The notes beneath the pieces were generated by a model that saw only the letters and a list, made by a program, of their open reading frames with translations, did no database searches and was not told the DNA's origin. Made by a program: the position numbers and the translations under genes. Shown piece after piece: positions 1 to 12,171 of a stretch of 64,000 nt of DNA (position 1 is its first letter; the number at the start of each line of letters is the position of its first letter). Location of the stretch: contig NC_135820.1 of the NCBI RefSeq assembly GCF_964213995.1, positions 3,596,001 to 3,660,000 on the forward strand. The letters run 5' to 3'. The stretch comes from Mustelus asterias (lineage: Eukaryota).

Positions 1-483
1 GCAGAACCAGAGCTCACAGCCTAAAGGTAAGGGGTAAACCATTTAGGACAGAGATGAGGAGAAATGTCTTCACCCAGAGAGTGGTCAGCCTGTGGAATTC
101 ACTACCACAGAAAGCAATTGAGGCCAAAACATTGTGGAGCGAATTGATCCGGTCCGCCCGCCCTGGGGATCGGAGCGGGAGAGGGGTGGATCATGGAAAG
201 GTCCGTTGACCTTGGGTGGAATTTTCTGGTTTCAGGAGAGTGCGGCCGGAAAATCCCACTCACTATGTTTTCAAGAAGCAGCTCAATATCGCTCTTGGGC
301 AGAAGGGGATGGAAGGATTTGTGGGGGAGGTGGGATCAAGCTTTTGGGGCAAATTCTACCATCCTACCCGGCATGGGAATCGGAGCGGGTGAGGGGCTGA
401 CCACGGAAGCCGCTGATCTCGGGTGGGATTTTACAGTTTCTGGACGAGAGAGGCTGTAAAATCCTGCCCAGTGATTTGGATGA

Positions 484-810
484 TCATAGAATCACAGAAC
501 CCCGACAGTGCAGAAGGAGGCCATTCGGCCCATCGAGTCTGCACTGACCACAATCCCACCCAGGCCCTATCCCCGTAACTCCATGTATTTACCGTTCTAA
601 TCCCCTGACACTCAGGGTCAAATTAGTTTGGCCAATCAACCTAACGTGCACGTCTGGACAGCGGGAAGAAACGGGAGCACCCCCAGGAAACCCACGCAGA
701 CATGGGGAGAATGTGCAAACACCGCACAGACAGTGACCCGAGGCTGGAATTAAACTCGGGGCCCTGGCGCTGTGAGCCAGCAGTGTGAACCATTGTGCCA
801 CCGTGCCGCC
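484..810 (-). mobile_element. HE1-type tRNA-derived SINE (representative; similar copies near 2005, 7897, 20977, 22605, 23481, 25800, 28455, 30316, 31137, 31890, 32580, 38663, 40990, 43692, 46782, 52855)
   Basis: Family head ggcggcacggtggcacagtggttagcactgctgcctcacagcgccaggg with A/B boxes; CR1-like tail gatgggccgaatggcctccttctgcactg...(attctatg)n. Confidence 0.85.
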
Positions 811-933
811 AGTTATGATCATAATGAATGACAGAGCAGCCTCGAAGGGCTGTTCCTGCTCCTATTTTTAATGTTAGAAATACTTAATTGGCTACTCAAA
901 AAGATGTCAATATAAATTATCACGAGTGAGTTA

Positions 934-939
934 TTTATT
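934..939 (-). terminator. Candidate polyadenylation signal AATAAA for gene A
   Basis: tttatt on the plus strand, about 730 nt beyond the candidate last exon stop. Confidence 0.3.
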
Positions 940-1664
940 GCGATGATACACCACTGCAGTTATTGCAACAATAAAATAGGACAATTTCATCAGGAATCAT
1001 CGTTTTTAATGTCGGGACCCTGCGTAGTCACACAATAGGTCTTCAGAGAACAAGCTGCCCATTGGGAAATTCCCATCGGATACATGGAGGGCATTGCACA
1101 CCAATCCGAAACTATTATGACCTGACTAAAATAACGTTGCAAAATCATGGACAGGAGATGAATGGGGGTTGGGGATACAAGGCAACATGGCCATTTCTGC
1201 CTCCTCCAAATCAGCTCAGGAGAAAATGTAATTGTGAAAATTTAACCAAACATTGCAGCAATCAGGATCAGTTATACTGCTGCAGTAACAATACAGTGCT
1301 GCTGTATACAGACAGAACAGCTCCGATAATAGCAAAACAAACTGCTACAATCCATAGTGAGGAAGAAGCCACACTGGACTCGAAAGGTGAACTGTTTCTC
1401 TCTTCACCAATGCTGCCAGACCTGCTGAGTGTACCCAGCACTTCCAGTTTTAAACACCATACATGAAATCTCAGTGGACCCTGACTGGAAAATGTGGGTA
1501 ATAGAAACAGAGACATTCAGTTGCAAGTATTAGAGCGATCCCATTAGACAGATGTCAATCAGGATTATCAGCGCAGAGATTTACAGCAGCACTCAGTAAT
1601 CAAAGCTTGAGGTGTGATAATTGTCCCTGACGCCCGTGTTGTCGCATTGCACCTTCAGGCGACT

Positions 1665-1762
1665 TTATACAATAATATTGATGGGCTGGAACCAAGAGGA
1701 GAATGGATCACTGTCCTGGGTCTGGGTGAGGGGTGTTTGTTTTTGTATTGCGGTCACCGTAT
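1665..1762 (-). CDS. Gene A candidate terminal exon (IR* after exon 8; or DTVTAIQ...FQPINIIV* if spliced directly from the TM exon)
   Basis: Strong acceptor tttctttatttttcag at 1763; non-repeat sequence; AATAAA downstream on the minus strand at 934-939. Confidence 0.45.
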
Positions 1763-2336
1763 CTGAAAAATAAAGAAATGTTAGATGTCTGGGATCAATA
1801 TTTAGAAAGTAAAAGGAAGAATCGAATACTTATTGATAATGGAAAGCCTCAGGAGGAAGAGAATGTCAGCGAGGCAGAGTTATAGAGACTAAGAGACAGG
1901 CAGACATCTGACTGACTGACATTCATATTGACAGGCAGACTGGCAGTCAGAATGGCAGACTGACTGGGATACTAACAGACTGATTGGCTAACAGGCAGAC
2001 TAGAATTAGAGAATCAAAGAATCCTACAGTGCAGAAGGAGGCCATTTGGTCCATCGAGTCTGCACTGACCACAGTCCCATCCAGGCCCGATCCCCATAAC
2101 CCCATGCAATTAACCTCGCTAGACCCCTGACACTAAGGGGCACGTTAGCATTGCCAATCAACCTAACCCGCACATCTTTGGACTGTGGGAGGAAACCAGA
2201 ACACCCGGAGGAAACCCACACAGACACGGGGAGAATGTACAAACTTCACACAGACAGTGAGCCAAGACCGGGAATTGAACCCGGGTCCCTGGAGCTGTGA
2301 GGCAGCAGTGCTAACCACTGTGCTACCGTGCCGCCC

Positions 2337-2730
2337 ACAGTCAGATAGTGAGACTGACAGACAGGCTGATAAACGTACAGCCTGACAGACTGACAGTCAG
2401 TTTTACTGACAGAGACTTGGACAATAAGACCGCCAGACAGGCAGACTGACTGACAGACTGATACACTGACAGATAGACAGACTGACAAAGAAGCAGACAA
2501 TCTGACAGACAGCCAGACAGGCAGACTGACTGACAGACTGATACACTGACAGATAGACAGACTGACAAAGAAGCAGACAATCTAACAGACAGAAAGACAG
2601 GCAGATTGACTGACAGACTAATTGACACACTGATTGACTGACTGACTGTGTCACAGACAGACTAACAGAAGGTCAGACTGTTAGACCGACAGACAGACAG
2701 ACAGACAGTGAGAGAGGTGCAGAGACAGAA
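2337..2730. repeat. Degenerate (ACAG/ACTG)n tetranucleotide satellite (continues at 1880-2005 on the other side of a SINE)
   Basis: Direct inspection; includes a higher-order duplicated block. Confidence 0.85.
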
Positions 2731-2747
2731 AGAAAACAAATATATAC

Positions 2748-2837
2748 CTGATGAGGGGGGATTGGCTGACAATTGATATCGAATGAGGTGTACCTGTGTA
2801 ATTCACTGTATAGCGATTGTTCTCCGACATTCAGACT
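2748..2837 (-). CDS. Gene A exon 8, cytoplasmic ITIM exon (SLNVGEQSLYSELHRYTSFDINCQPIPPHQ)
   Basis: 90 nt; acceptor cctccccacag, donor CAG|gtatat; open only in phase 0; SLYSEL fits S/I/V/L-x-Y-x-x-L. Confidence 0.65.
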
Positions 2838-3036
2838 CTGTGGGGAGGCGTCACACATGCAATTTTTAGTAAATCAATAATGTTGATTCAATGAAATAAA
2901 GTTTCACTCGAAATGTGTGTGTGTTCCGCTTACCATGTATGTTCCAGGCAGCTCAAGTGAATCCTGGAACAGAAATTGGACATGGTTCAAGGTGGGAACA
3001 TTCAGAAGTTGTCTTGGACAGAAAGGGAAAGACAAG

Positions 3037-3380
3037 GTGATGGCCTCGTGGTTATATCGCCAGATTATTAATCCAGAAACTCAGCGAATGTTCTGGGGTC
3101 CCGGTTCGAATCCCGCCACGGCAGATGGTGCAATTTGAATTCAATAAAAAATATCTGGAATTAAGAATCTACTGAAGTCATTGCCGATTGTTGGAAAAAC
3201 CCATCTGGTTCACTAATGTTCTTCAGAGAAGGAAATCTGCTGTCCTTACCCGGTCTGGCCTACATGTGACTCCAGAGTCACAGCAATGCGGTTGACTCTC
3301 AACTCCCTCGGGCAACTAGGGATGGGCAATAAATGCTGGCCAGCCAACGACGCCCATATCCCACAAATGAAACAATAAAA
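3037..3380 (+). mobile_element. tRNA-derived SINE family 2 (also near 9740, 25178, 36640, 37212, 57255 on +; 51851 and 59170 on -)
   Basis: ggttcgaatccc B-box; core ggaaatctgccgtccttacc...gactccagagccacagcaatg; LINE-derived 3' end. Confidence 0.8.
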
Positions 3381-4266
3381 AGGCACAAAGCATTGGATGT
3401 AAACGGGGGAGAGGAGGGAACTCAGTGTCATCAACAAACAGAGAGATCACAGCTTCAACCCTTCTCCACGTGGCAAATGGTAAATGGGAATAAGTCATAG
3501 AATCATGAAGTCATGCTGTTCTGAAGTATGTTCCACTGTCCATTAGTCTGGGATCTTTGATAGAGCTCCCCAATTAGTTTCACTGCCCTGCTATTTCTAT
3601 ATAACCTTGCTCACTCTTCCTTCTGAAGTATTGGTCACAGCCATGATGCTTTACAGCAGCGAAAGAGGCCCTTTGGTCCATCTGCCTGTGCCAGCCATCA
3701 AGCAACTATCTATCCCCATCCCATTCTGCACTGCAGCCATCAAGCATCAATCAATTCTCATGACACACGACAGCACTTGGTCCGGAGGCTTGTATTCTTT
3801 GAGGTCTCAAGTGCTCATCTCAATGCTTCTTATTTCTCCAATCGTCTTCTCAAATCTACTCATAAATTTGTTTCCACCACCTTTCCAGCTAACCCTTCCA
3901 GCTCTAAACAATGTGACACACAAAATATATTCCTTTGGAATCTGTTACAAATGATCTTAAATCTGTACAACCCTGATGACATTCGATGAAAAGCTTTGCC
4001 CTTCTCCGATTCAAGACCGGCAGATCAATAGTTTTTGGTGAAATGATATCCCCGGGATATTCGAGAGAATCTTTGCAGATTTCCACATCACTGACTTGAT
4101 GAACGTTGTCACCAAGGCCTGAACCGGATGATATTAAACACGAACACCGATTTCTATTGTGTGGTTCTGGTTTAGGGACCTTGTGGGCAACATGGTTCAT
4201 ACTCGCAATCCTGCGGCTGAAATGATTGGTAGGGAGCTGAAATGACGAAACTAATCATTCAATTAC

Positions 4267-4310
4267 CTGCTCGATTCTCTGCCTCAGAAATGAACTGTTG
4301 ACGTAGGTTT
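4267..4310 (-). CDS. Gene A exon 7, cytoplasmic (ETYVNSSFLRQRIEQ)
   Basis: 44 nt; acceptor catttcattcattcagcag, donor CAG|gtaatt; bridges the phase-1 TM exon to the phase-0 next exon. Confidence 0.65.
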
Positions 4311-4539
4311 CTGCTGAATGAATGAAATGGGAGATTTGTATCATTACACATTCGGGTTTGCTGTTCTCCCTGCTGAAGGTCAGGAAGACACTGGTGTAAA
4401 CCAGCTCCCCAATTCTAACGGAGGGTACAAAAGCCAGATACGGCAGAAACTAGAAATCTGAAATTAATAAACTGAAAATGCTCGGAATTCCCAGCAGACC
4501 AGGCAGCTGAGATGGAGAGAGAAAAACAGATTAATTGTT

Positions 4540-6400
4540 TCAAAGAACAAATAGCAAAGAACAATACAGCAGAGGAACAGGCCCTTCGGCCCTCCAAGCC
4601 TGTGCCGCTCATGTGCCCACTAGACCATTCTTTTGTGTCCCTCTATTCCCAGTCTGTTCAGGTGGTTATCTAGATAAGTCTTGAACGATCCCAGCGTGTC
4701 CGCTTCAATCACTTTGCTTGGCAGTGCATTCCAGGCCCCCACCACCCTCTGTGTAAAATATGTCCACCTGACATCTGTGTTGAACCTTGCCCACCTCACC
4801 TTGAACCCGTGACCCCTTATGTTCATCACCTCCGACCTGGGAAAAACCTTCCCACTGTTCACCCTACCTATGCCCTTCATAATTTTATACACCTCTATTA
4901 GGTTGCCCCTCATCCTCCGTCTTTCCATGGAGAACAACCCCAGTTTTCCCAATCTCTCCTCATCGCTAAGACCCTCCATACCAGGCAACATCCTGGTAAA
5001 CCTTCCCTGTACTCTCTCCAAAGCCTCCACGTCCTTCTGGTAGTGTGGTGACCAGAACTGGACGCAGTATTCCAAATGTGGCCGAACCATCGGTCTATGC
5101 AGCTACAACATCATATGCCAACTTTTATATTCTATGCCCCGTCCAATAAAGGCAAGCATGCCATATGCCTTCTTCACCACCCTCTCCACCTGTGCTGCCA
5201 CCTTTAAGGATCTGTGGACTTGTACACCCAGGTCCGTCTGTGTCTCTACACTCCTGATGGTTCTGCCATTTATTGTATAGCTCTCCCTTACATTAGATCT
5301 ACCGAAATGCATCACTTCGCATTTATCTGGATTAAATTCCATCTGCCATTTCTCCGCCCAATGTTCCAACCTATCTATATCCTGCTGTATTCTCTGACAA
5401 TGTTCATCACTATCCGCAACTCCAGCAATCTTCGTGTCGTCCGCAAACTTACTGATCACACCAGTTACATCTTCCTCCAAATCATTTACATATATCGCAA
5501 ACAGCAGAGGTCCCAGTACAGAGCCCTGCGGAACACCACGAGTCACAGACCTCCAACTGAAACAAGACCCCTCCACTGCGACCCTCTGTCTTCTATGGCT
5601 AAGCCAGTTCTCCACCCATCTAGCTCGCTCACCTTTAATCCCATGAGATTTAACCTTTTGCACCAGCCTGCTATGAGGGACCTTGTCAAACGCTTTTCTA
5701 AAATCCATATAGACGACATCCCTTCCCTCGTCAATCGTTTTTGTCACCTCCTCAAAACGCTCAACCAAATTTGAGTGGCATGACCTCCCTCGTACAAAAT
5801 CATGCTGTCTATCGCTAATGAGATTATTCAGTTCTAAATGTGCATATATCCTACCTCTAAGAATATTCTCCAACAACTTCCCTGCCACGGACGTCTATCT
5901 CACCGGCCTATAATTACCCGGGTTATCCTTGCTACACTTCTGAAATAACGGGACCACACTTGCTATCCTCCAATCTTCTGGGACCTCACTTGTGTCCAGT
6001 GAAGAGACAAAGGTTTCTGTTAGAGGCCCAGCAAATGCATCTTTCGCCTCCCTGAGGAGTCGAGGATAGATGCCATCCGGTCCTGGGGATTTGTCTGTCT
6101 CAATGTTTCCTAAAAACACCTCACACTTCCTCCCTTGTAAATTGAGATTTTATCAAAGGGTCAACACATCCCTCTGAGACACTACCAGTCAACATGTCCC
6201 TCTCCTTTGTGAATACTGATGCAAAGTATTCGTTTAGGATCTCACCTACTTCCTTTGGTTCGAAGCATAATTCCCCTCCTTTGTCCCTGAGAGGTCCGAT
6301 TCTTTTCCTAATAACCCTCTTGATCCGAACGTATGTATAAAATGCCTTAGGATTCTCCTTAATCCTGTCTGCCAAGGACATTTCGTGACCCCTTTTTGCC
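4540..6400 (-). mobile_element. 5'-truncated CR1 LINE, same subfamily as 12172-15826
   Basis: RT ORFs 5103-5888 and 4620-5090 end ...EGHKRMV versus ...EGYKRMV. Confidence 0.92.
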
Positions 6401-7402
6401 CTGTGTTGGGACCGCAATTGTTTACGACTTACATAGATGATTTGGAGTTGGGGACCAAGTGCAGTGTGTCAAAATTTGTAGATGGCACGAAGCTGAGTGG
6501 TACAGCCAAGTGTGCAGAGGGTGCTGAAAATTTGCCAAGGGATATAGATAGTCTGAGTGAGTGGGCGAGGGTCTGGCAGATGGAGTACAATGTTGGTAAA
6601 TGTGAGGTCAGCCATTTTGGTTGGAACAATAACAAAATGGACTATTATTTAAATGGTAAAAAATTGCAGTATGCTGCCGTGCAGAGGGACCTGGGTGTCC
6701 TTGTGCAGGAATCTCAAAAAGTTGTTTTGCAGGTGCAGCATTTAATTAAGAAGGCAAATGGAATTTTGTCCTTCATTGCGAGAGGGATGGAGTTTAAAAA
6801 CAGCGATGTTATGTTGCAAATGTATAAGGTGCTGGTGAGGCCACACCTGGAGTACTGTGTACAGTTTTGGTCTCCTTACTTGAGAAAGGATATGCTGGCA
6901 CTGGAGGGGGTTCAGAGGAGATTCCCTCAGTTGATTCTGGAGTTGAGAGGGTTCCCTTTTGAGCAGAGACTGAGCAGATTGGGACTGTACTCACTGGAAT
7001 TCAGAAGAAGGAGGGGAGATCTTATAGAAACATATAAGATTATGAAGGGAATAGATAAGATAGAAGCAGGGAAGTTGTTTCCACTGACCGGTAAAATTAG
7101 AACGAGAGGGCATAGCCTAAAAATAAGGAGAGCAGATTTTGGACTGAGTTGAGGAGGAACTTCTTCACACAAAGGGTTATGAATCTGTGGAATTCCCGGC
7201 CCAGTGAAGCAGTTGAGGCTACCTCATTGAATATTTTTAAGGCAAAGATAGATAAATTTTTGAACAGTAAAGGAATTAAGGGTTATGGTGAGCGGGCGAG
7301 TCGGTGGAACTGAGTCCACCAAAAGATCAGCCATGATCTTATTGAATGGCGGAGCAGGCTCGAGGGGTCAGATAGCCTACTCCTGCTCCTAGTTCTTGTG
7401 TT
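6401..7402 (+). mobile_element. 5'-truncated CR1 LINE, same subfamily as 15827-17612
   Basis: ORF 6385-7152 is an RT C-terminal half; CR1 3' UTR follows. Confidence 0.9.
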
Positions 7403-7611
7403 ATTCCGGTAAATTCTTGGACAATGGACTATTCTCAGGGATTAGAAATAATGAGAGAAAGCAGGTCTTTGGGAGAAAATTGAGATCAGAATGGACAGTC
7501 ACCTCAGAAGGTTGGAAGATGATATGGGGAAGTATTGAATACCTGTGCCCAGGTGAGATACCTGTAACTGTGCAGGTATCTAACTTCACCTTTTATTCTC
7601 TGAGAACTTAC

Positions 7612-7725
7612 CTGCTGCTTTGCGTTTTCTCCTGATGAGGAGGACGATGAGAATCGTGGCAAGAACAACCAGCAACAACACTCCCACTGCCACACTGAGG
7701 ATGATGGTTTGCCCAATGGCATGAC
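7612..7725 (-). CDS. Gene A exon 6, transmembrane exon (GHAIGQTIILSVAVGVLLLVVLATILIVLLIRRKRKAA)
   Basis: 114 nt, in a frame not shown in the ORF track; acceptor cctccacag, donor GCAG|gtaagt; about 24 hydrophobic residues followed by an RRKRK stop-transfer. Confidence 0.9.
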
Positions 7726-8340
7726 CTGTGGAGGTAGCACAAGGCGAACATGGAAATAATTAACACAATGGAGACATCCAATAAATCCCTGCTGTGTTTC
7801 ATGTCAATCTCCTTGCTTTTGTTATCTGGGTTTTTGCCCAGTGATGGGGACAAACCTAGTTTCGCTGGCTCAGGGAGGTATCCTATATACCATAGGATGG
7901 CACAGTGGTTAGCACTGCTGCCTCACAGCTCCAGGGACCCAGGTTTGATTCCGGCGTCAGGTGGAGTTTTCACGTTCTCCCTGTGTCTGTGTGGTTTTCC
8001 TCCGGGTGCTCCGGTTTCCTCCCACAGTCCAATGATGTGCAGGTTAGGTTGACTGGCCATTCTAAATTGCCCCATTAGTGTGAGGGGAACTGGGCGTTTA
8101 AATATGTGGGGATCGGACCTGGGTGGGATTGTTGTTGGTGCAGGCTCAATGGGCCAAATGGCCTCCTTCTGTACTATGAATGACTCATCGCCGCTCACAA
8201 TCTCCACCAGTCTCAAAGTGAACTCATTATTATAATGACCTAGTTTTATATCTGGTCGATTAATAACCTCTGTCACCAGTGCGTCCATGAACAAAATGAA
8301 AGAAATCCGTCACTTTCTATTACAATTCATTAGTAAATAC

Positions 8341-8480
8341 CTTCAAGGGGGTCTTGAAATATTATCTCAATTGTGTCATTTCCAGTCCCGATTGAATTGC
8401 TCGTAAGACAGCTCACGTTTCCGTTCATCCCGGTCTTTACGAATACTGAAGTTTTGTTTGTCTCCACTCCTTCTGGTAAC
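8341..8480 (-). CDS. Gene A exon 5, second half of third Ig domain (GLPEGV...NGNVSCLTSNSIGTG...DPLE)
   Basis: 140 nt; acceptor cttttccaag (phase 2), donor GAAG|gtattt (phase 1); CxxxNxxG motif. Confidence 0.88.
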
Positions 8481-8869
8481 CTTGGAAAAGCCAACAACAC
8501 ACATTGAAGAAAGGTCCTGGTGACTAAATCCAGGTGATTAATGTTAACTCTGGGCTCGATGGAGCAGCCAACCCATTCTGCACTCCTCCAGCTTGTACCT
8601 ACCACTGGCTGGACAGGTAGGGGACTTCAGGAGGGGTGTATAATGGGGCATGAGTGATACAGATGGTATTAATGAGTTAAGGACAAAAGTTTTGGATTTA
8701 AATGGTGATGGAATAATCAAGATCGGAAACACTGAGAGAGAGGAACAATCTAAGTACGTTCTGTCAACGATAAACATCAAGCTTACATCCACAAGTACAA
8801 TCACATTGGTGTCCAGTTCACCAAAAACCTGTCCTGCTCCCTCCATGCCAACACTATAGTTAAGAAAGC

Positions 8870-9425
8870 TCACCTCGACTTTCTCAGAAGACGAAGGAAA
8901 TTTGGCATGTCAGCTATGACTCTCACCAATTTTTACAGATGCACCATAGAAAGCATCCTTTCTGGTTGTGTCACAGCTTGGTATGGCTCCTGCTCTGCCC
9001 AAGACTGCAAGAAACTACAATGGGTCTTGAATGAAGCCCAGTCCATCACTCAAGACAGCCTCCCATACATTGACTCTGTCTACACTTCCCGCTGCCTCAG
9101 AAAAGCAGCCAACATAATTAAGGACCCACGTACCCCGGACATACTCTCTCCCACCTTTTTCCTTCGGGAAAAGTATACAAAAGTCTGAGGTCACGTACCA
9201 ACTGACTCAAAAGGCAGCTTCTTCCCTGCTGCCATCAGATTTTGAATGGTCCTACCTCGCACTAAGTTGATCTTTCTCTCCACCCTATCTATGACTGGAG
9301 CACTACATTCTGTACTTTCTTTTCCTTCTCTATGAACGGTGTGCTTTGTCTGTATAGCATCCAAGAAACAATACTTTTTACTGTATCGCAATACATGTGA
9401 CAATAATAAATCAAATCAAATCAAA
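8870..9425 (+). mobile_element. Rex1/Babar-like LINE 3' end
   Basis: ORF 8907-9188 (FYRCTIESILSGCVTAWYGSC) and (aatca)n tail. Confidence 0.8.
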
Positions 9426-10036
9426 TGAAAACATTTAGATTCACTCGGGTAAGAGGCATGACCAGGTGAGCTGAGTAATCTCTGTAAGTCCAACAGCATC
9501 AGCATGAGGGTGATAACATGTCTAATTCAGTCACTAGAGTGCATTGTTACACTCCATGGAGCTGAGAATTGGACTCTGAAGGGTGAAGTTGAGTGAAGAA
9601 CAGCTTTTGAAATAAGCTTTTGGTGGAGGATGCTTTGAATCAGTCGGAATGACAGAAAGACAAACGAGGGGGTCAGATCAAGAGTAGGAGTTGAGGAGTC
9701 AAAAGGGTTTTTGAAAACAGTAACAGAAAGTAAGGGGAGGTGATGGCCCAGTGATATTGTTGCTAGATAATTAATCCAGAAACTCAGTGAATGTTCTGGG
9801 GACCCGGGTTCGAATCCCGCCACAGCAGCTCGTGGAATCTGAATTTTTGAAACATCTGGAATTAAGAATCTACTGATTGCTGATTGTCGGAAAAACCCAT
9901 CTGGTTCACTAATGTCCTTTAGGGAAAGAAATCTGCCGTCCTTACCTTGTCTCACCTTCATGTGACTCCAGAGCCACTGCAATGTGGTTGACTCTCAACT
10001 GCACCTCGGGCAGCTAGGGATGGGCACTAAATGCTG

Positions 10037-10261
10037 TAAGAGTTTGAACAACACCAGGTTAAAGCCCAACAGGTTTATTTGGCGGCAAATACCATTAGCT
10101 TTCGGAGCGCTGCTCCTTCGTCAGATGGGGGATCTGACGAAGGAGCAGCGCTCCGAAAGCTAATGGTATTTGCCCCCAAATAAACCTGTTGGTCTTTAAC
10201 CTGGTGTTGTTAAAACTTTTACTGTGTTTACCCCAGTCCAACGCCAGCATCTCCACATCAA
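10037..10261. mobile_element. Penelope-like pseudo-LTR fragment forming a 90-bp-arm palindrome, inserted in a SINE with TSD TAAATGCTG
   Basis: Arms 10037-10126 and 10132-10221 (4 mismatches); homologous to the Penelope units at 55.8-56.9 kb; TSD at 10028-10036 and 10262-10270. Confidence 0.85.
10092..10128 (-). ncRNA. Minimal type I hammerhead ribozyme motif
   Basis: CCAU-CUGACGA-A-GGAGC-AGC-GCUCC-GAAA-GC-UA^AUGG; stem I CCAU/AUGG, 5-bp stem II, palindromic AGCU stem III. Confidence 0.7.
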
Positions 10262-11836
10262 TAAATGCTGGCCAACCAGCGACGCCCATGTCCAATGAAT
10301 GAAAAAAAGACAACTGAATGTGGAGTTTGGAAATGAAGACCTGAGAGTGTTGCTATGGCAACAATTGATGGAGGGAGTGAGGGTAAAGAGAAAGAAGGAG
10401 GGTTGGACAGGAGGATGCTATTGAGATTGGATTGTGGGAGGATTGTGGGAAACCAGAGAAGAAGGAAGACAACGTTGATGATCCTGATGAGGGGAATGTG
10501 ACAATAAGCAAAGATACAATGGGAGACTAATCTTCTGTTGCCTGTTTCCCTTTATCACCCAAAGGGAAATCTGTCCCAAAGATTTCTGGCACAGAACCTC
10601 GTACAACAAACCATCCTAATTGGTATTTGTCAGAAGTTCTCCTGCACTCTGGGCTTCTCAATAACACCTGTTGTACATCAGTCCAATCCCACCCAGGCTA
10701 CTTAACGCGCGATACACACTCTTGAATTGTGGATGCATTTAGACCGATATTAAACTCCAATACATTAGTTTACCCCATCATCTTATTCATAAGTATTGCC
10801 TGCATGCTAATCATACACATAATGATATCCTCTCCTTCTCCTTCCGCGCTGCCATAATCTGCAGAGCAGATTCATTCTTAATGCTGGTTCTAGTGACCGG
10901 CCATATAAAGAACAGAAAATGCCGGATCACCTCAGCAGCTCTGGCAGCGGGTGTGGAGAGAGAGAAGCAGAGTTAACATCTCGCGACCCCATGACTCTGC
11001 TCAGAGCTGAAGAGGGGTGATGGATTATACAGTGAGAGAATGTGTCCCAGAATTGGGATAGGTTGAAGTTCATGAAAGGTGTAATGGACACAAGTCAAAG
11101 GGAGTGTTAATGGTAGCATGAAGGACTAAAGAAGGTGCAAGTAGTGGCAAAGATAGCAGAATATGTGAATCGGAGAACAAAGGTCAGTGCTTATTGAAAG
11201 CAAAGCTGATGAACAAGTGACAGGTGGCCCTGTGGTGAGAGGGAGAGGGAGTGGTTGATTTGGGCCAATAACAAGTCATGTTGGTTCTGCTCACCAAGCG
11301 GTTAAGTGGCCAAAGGACACATGACCCTGAAATACAAATGTTTTTTTTGGGTTTAGTTGTATTTTGTGGGTGTGACATTTCACTGGGCTGAAAGTGGCAA
11401 CTCAGATTGTTGCATTTTTTTTTCCAACTACCCACACAATGAAACACAAACCTCCAGTTGTGTTTGTTTTATTGTTTAATCTAGTTGGTGTTCCTGGAGC
11501 TGAAGGTGCAATCTGATGATGATGGGTTAAGGAAATGACCTCGCTCTTCTCTGACAATCTATTTCCACCTGGTCACAGGATCCAGATTCTCAGTTCACTG
11601 TTTCTCATTGAAACATACATCCAGCGGCAGCCAGTGAAGATTCAGCTCTGACTCCCGTGTGTGTCTAACACATTTTCACCAATGTTGCCCTGGAAACAGT
11701 GACATGTGGAGAGAGGTTGCCGGGATAGACCTGTTTTCCCAGTTTAATGGCATGTCACAATTCTGAACAATCCATTATCTCCACAGGATAGGAAATATAC
11801 ACAATGAAATTCTCAATAAATTCAGCACATGTTTAC

Positions 11837-11939
11837 CCTCGCCAAGAATAGGTTCCTGCTGGAGGATTGGCTTCCGCGACACATTTGAGGCTGACACCCC
11901 CGTTGCCATCGTCACGTATTATGGTTACTTCCGGTGGAT
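11837..11939 (-). CDS. Gene A exon 4, first half of third Ig domain (YPPEVTI...LKCVAEANPPAGTYSWR)
   Basis: 103 nt; acceptor ttcccccatag, phase-2 donor GG|gtaaac; YPPEV...C...NPP...Y.W as in PVR/nectins. Confidence 0.9.
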
Positions 11940-12171
11940 CTATGGGGGAAATGATTGTGTTCATGTGGTCAGTGCTTCCAGTATAGCAAAGAATCCAACT
12001 TTGTATTTGTGTCAAAGTGGCCACAGCAACAAGAAACTATATTAACCATAGAAACATAGAATCATACAGTGCAGGAGGAAGCCATTTGGCCCATCGAGCT
12101 TGCACTGACAACAATCGCACCCAGGCCTTATCCCTGTAACTCCACATATTTACCCCAATTGTCCCACTGAC

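Noticed and set aside
484-810. tRNA genes at SINE heads
   Set aside because: A/B boxes run straight into SINE bodies in dozens of diverged copies; no complete cloverleaf
10774-10858. Minus-strand 85-nt segment with the same phases as exon 4 (ctgcag|AT...GG|gtaaac)
   Set aside because: No Ig-like sequence or similarity to exon 4; no support for a mutually exclusive exon
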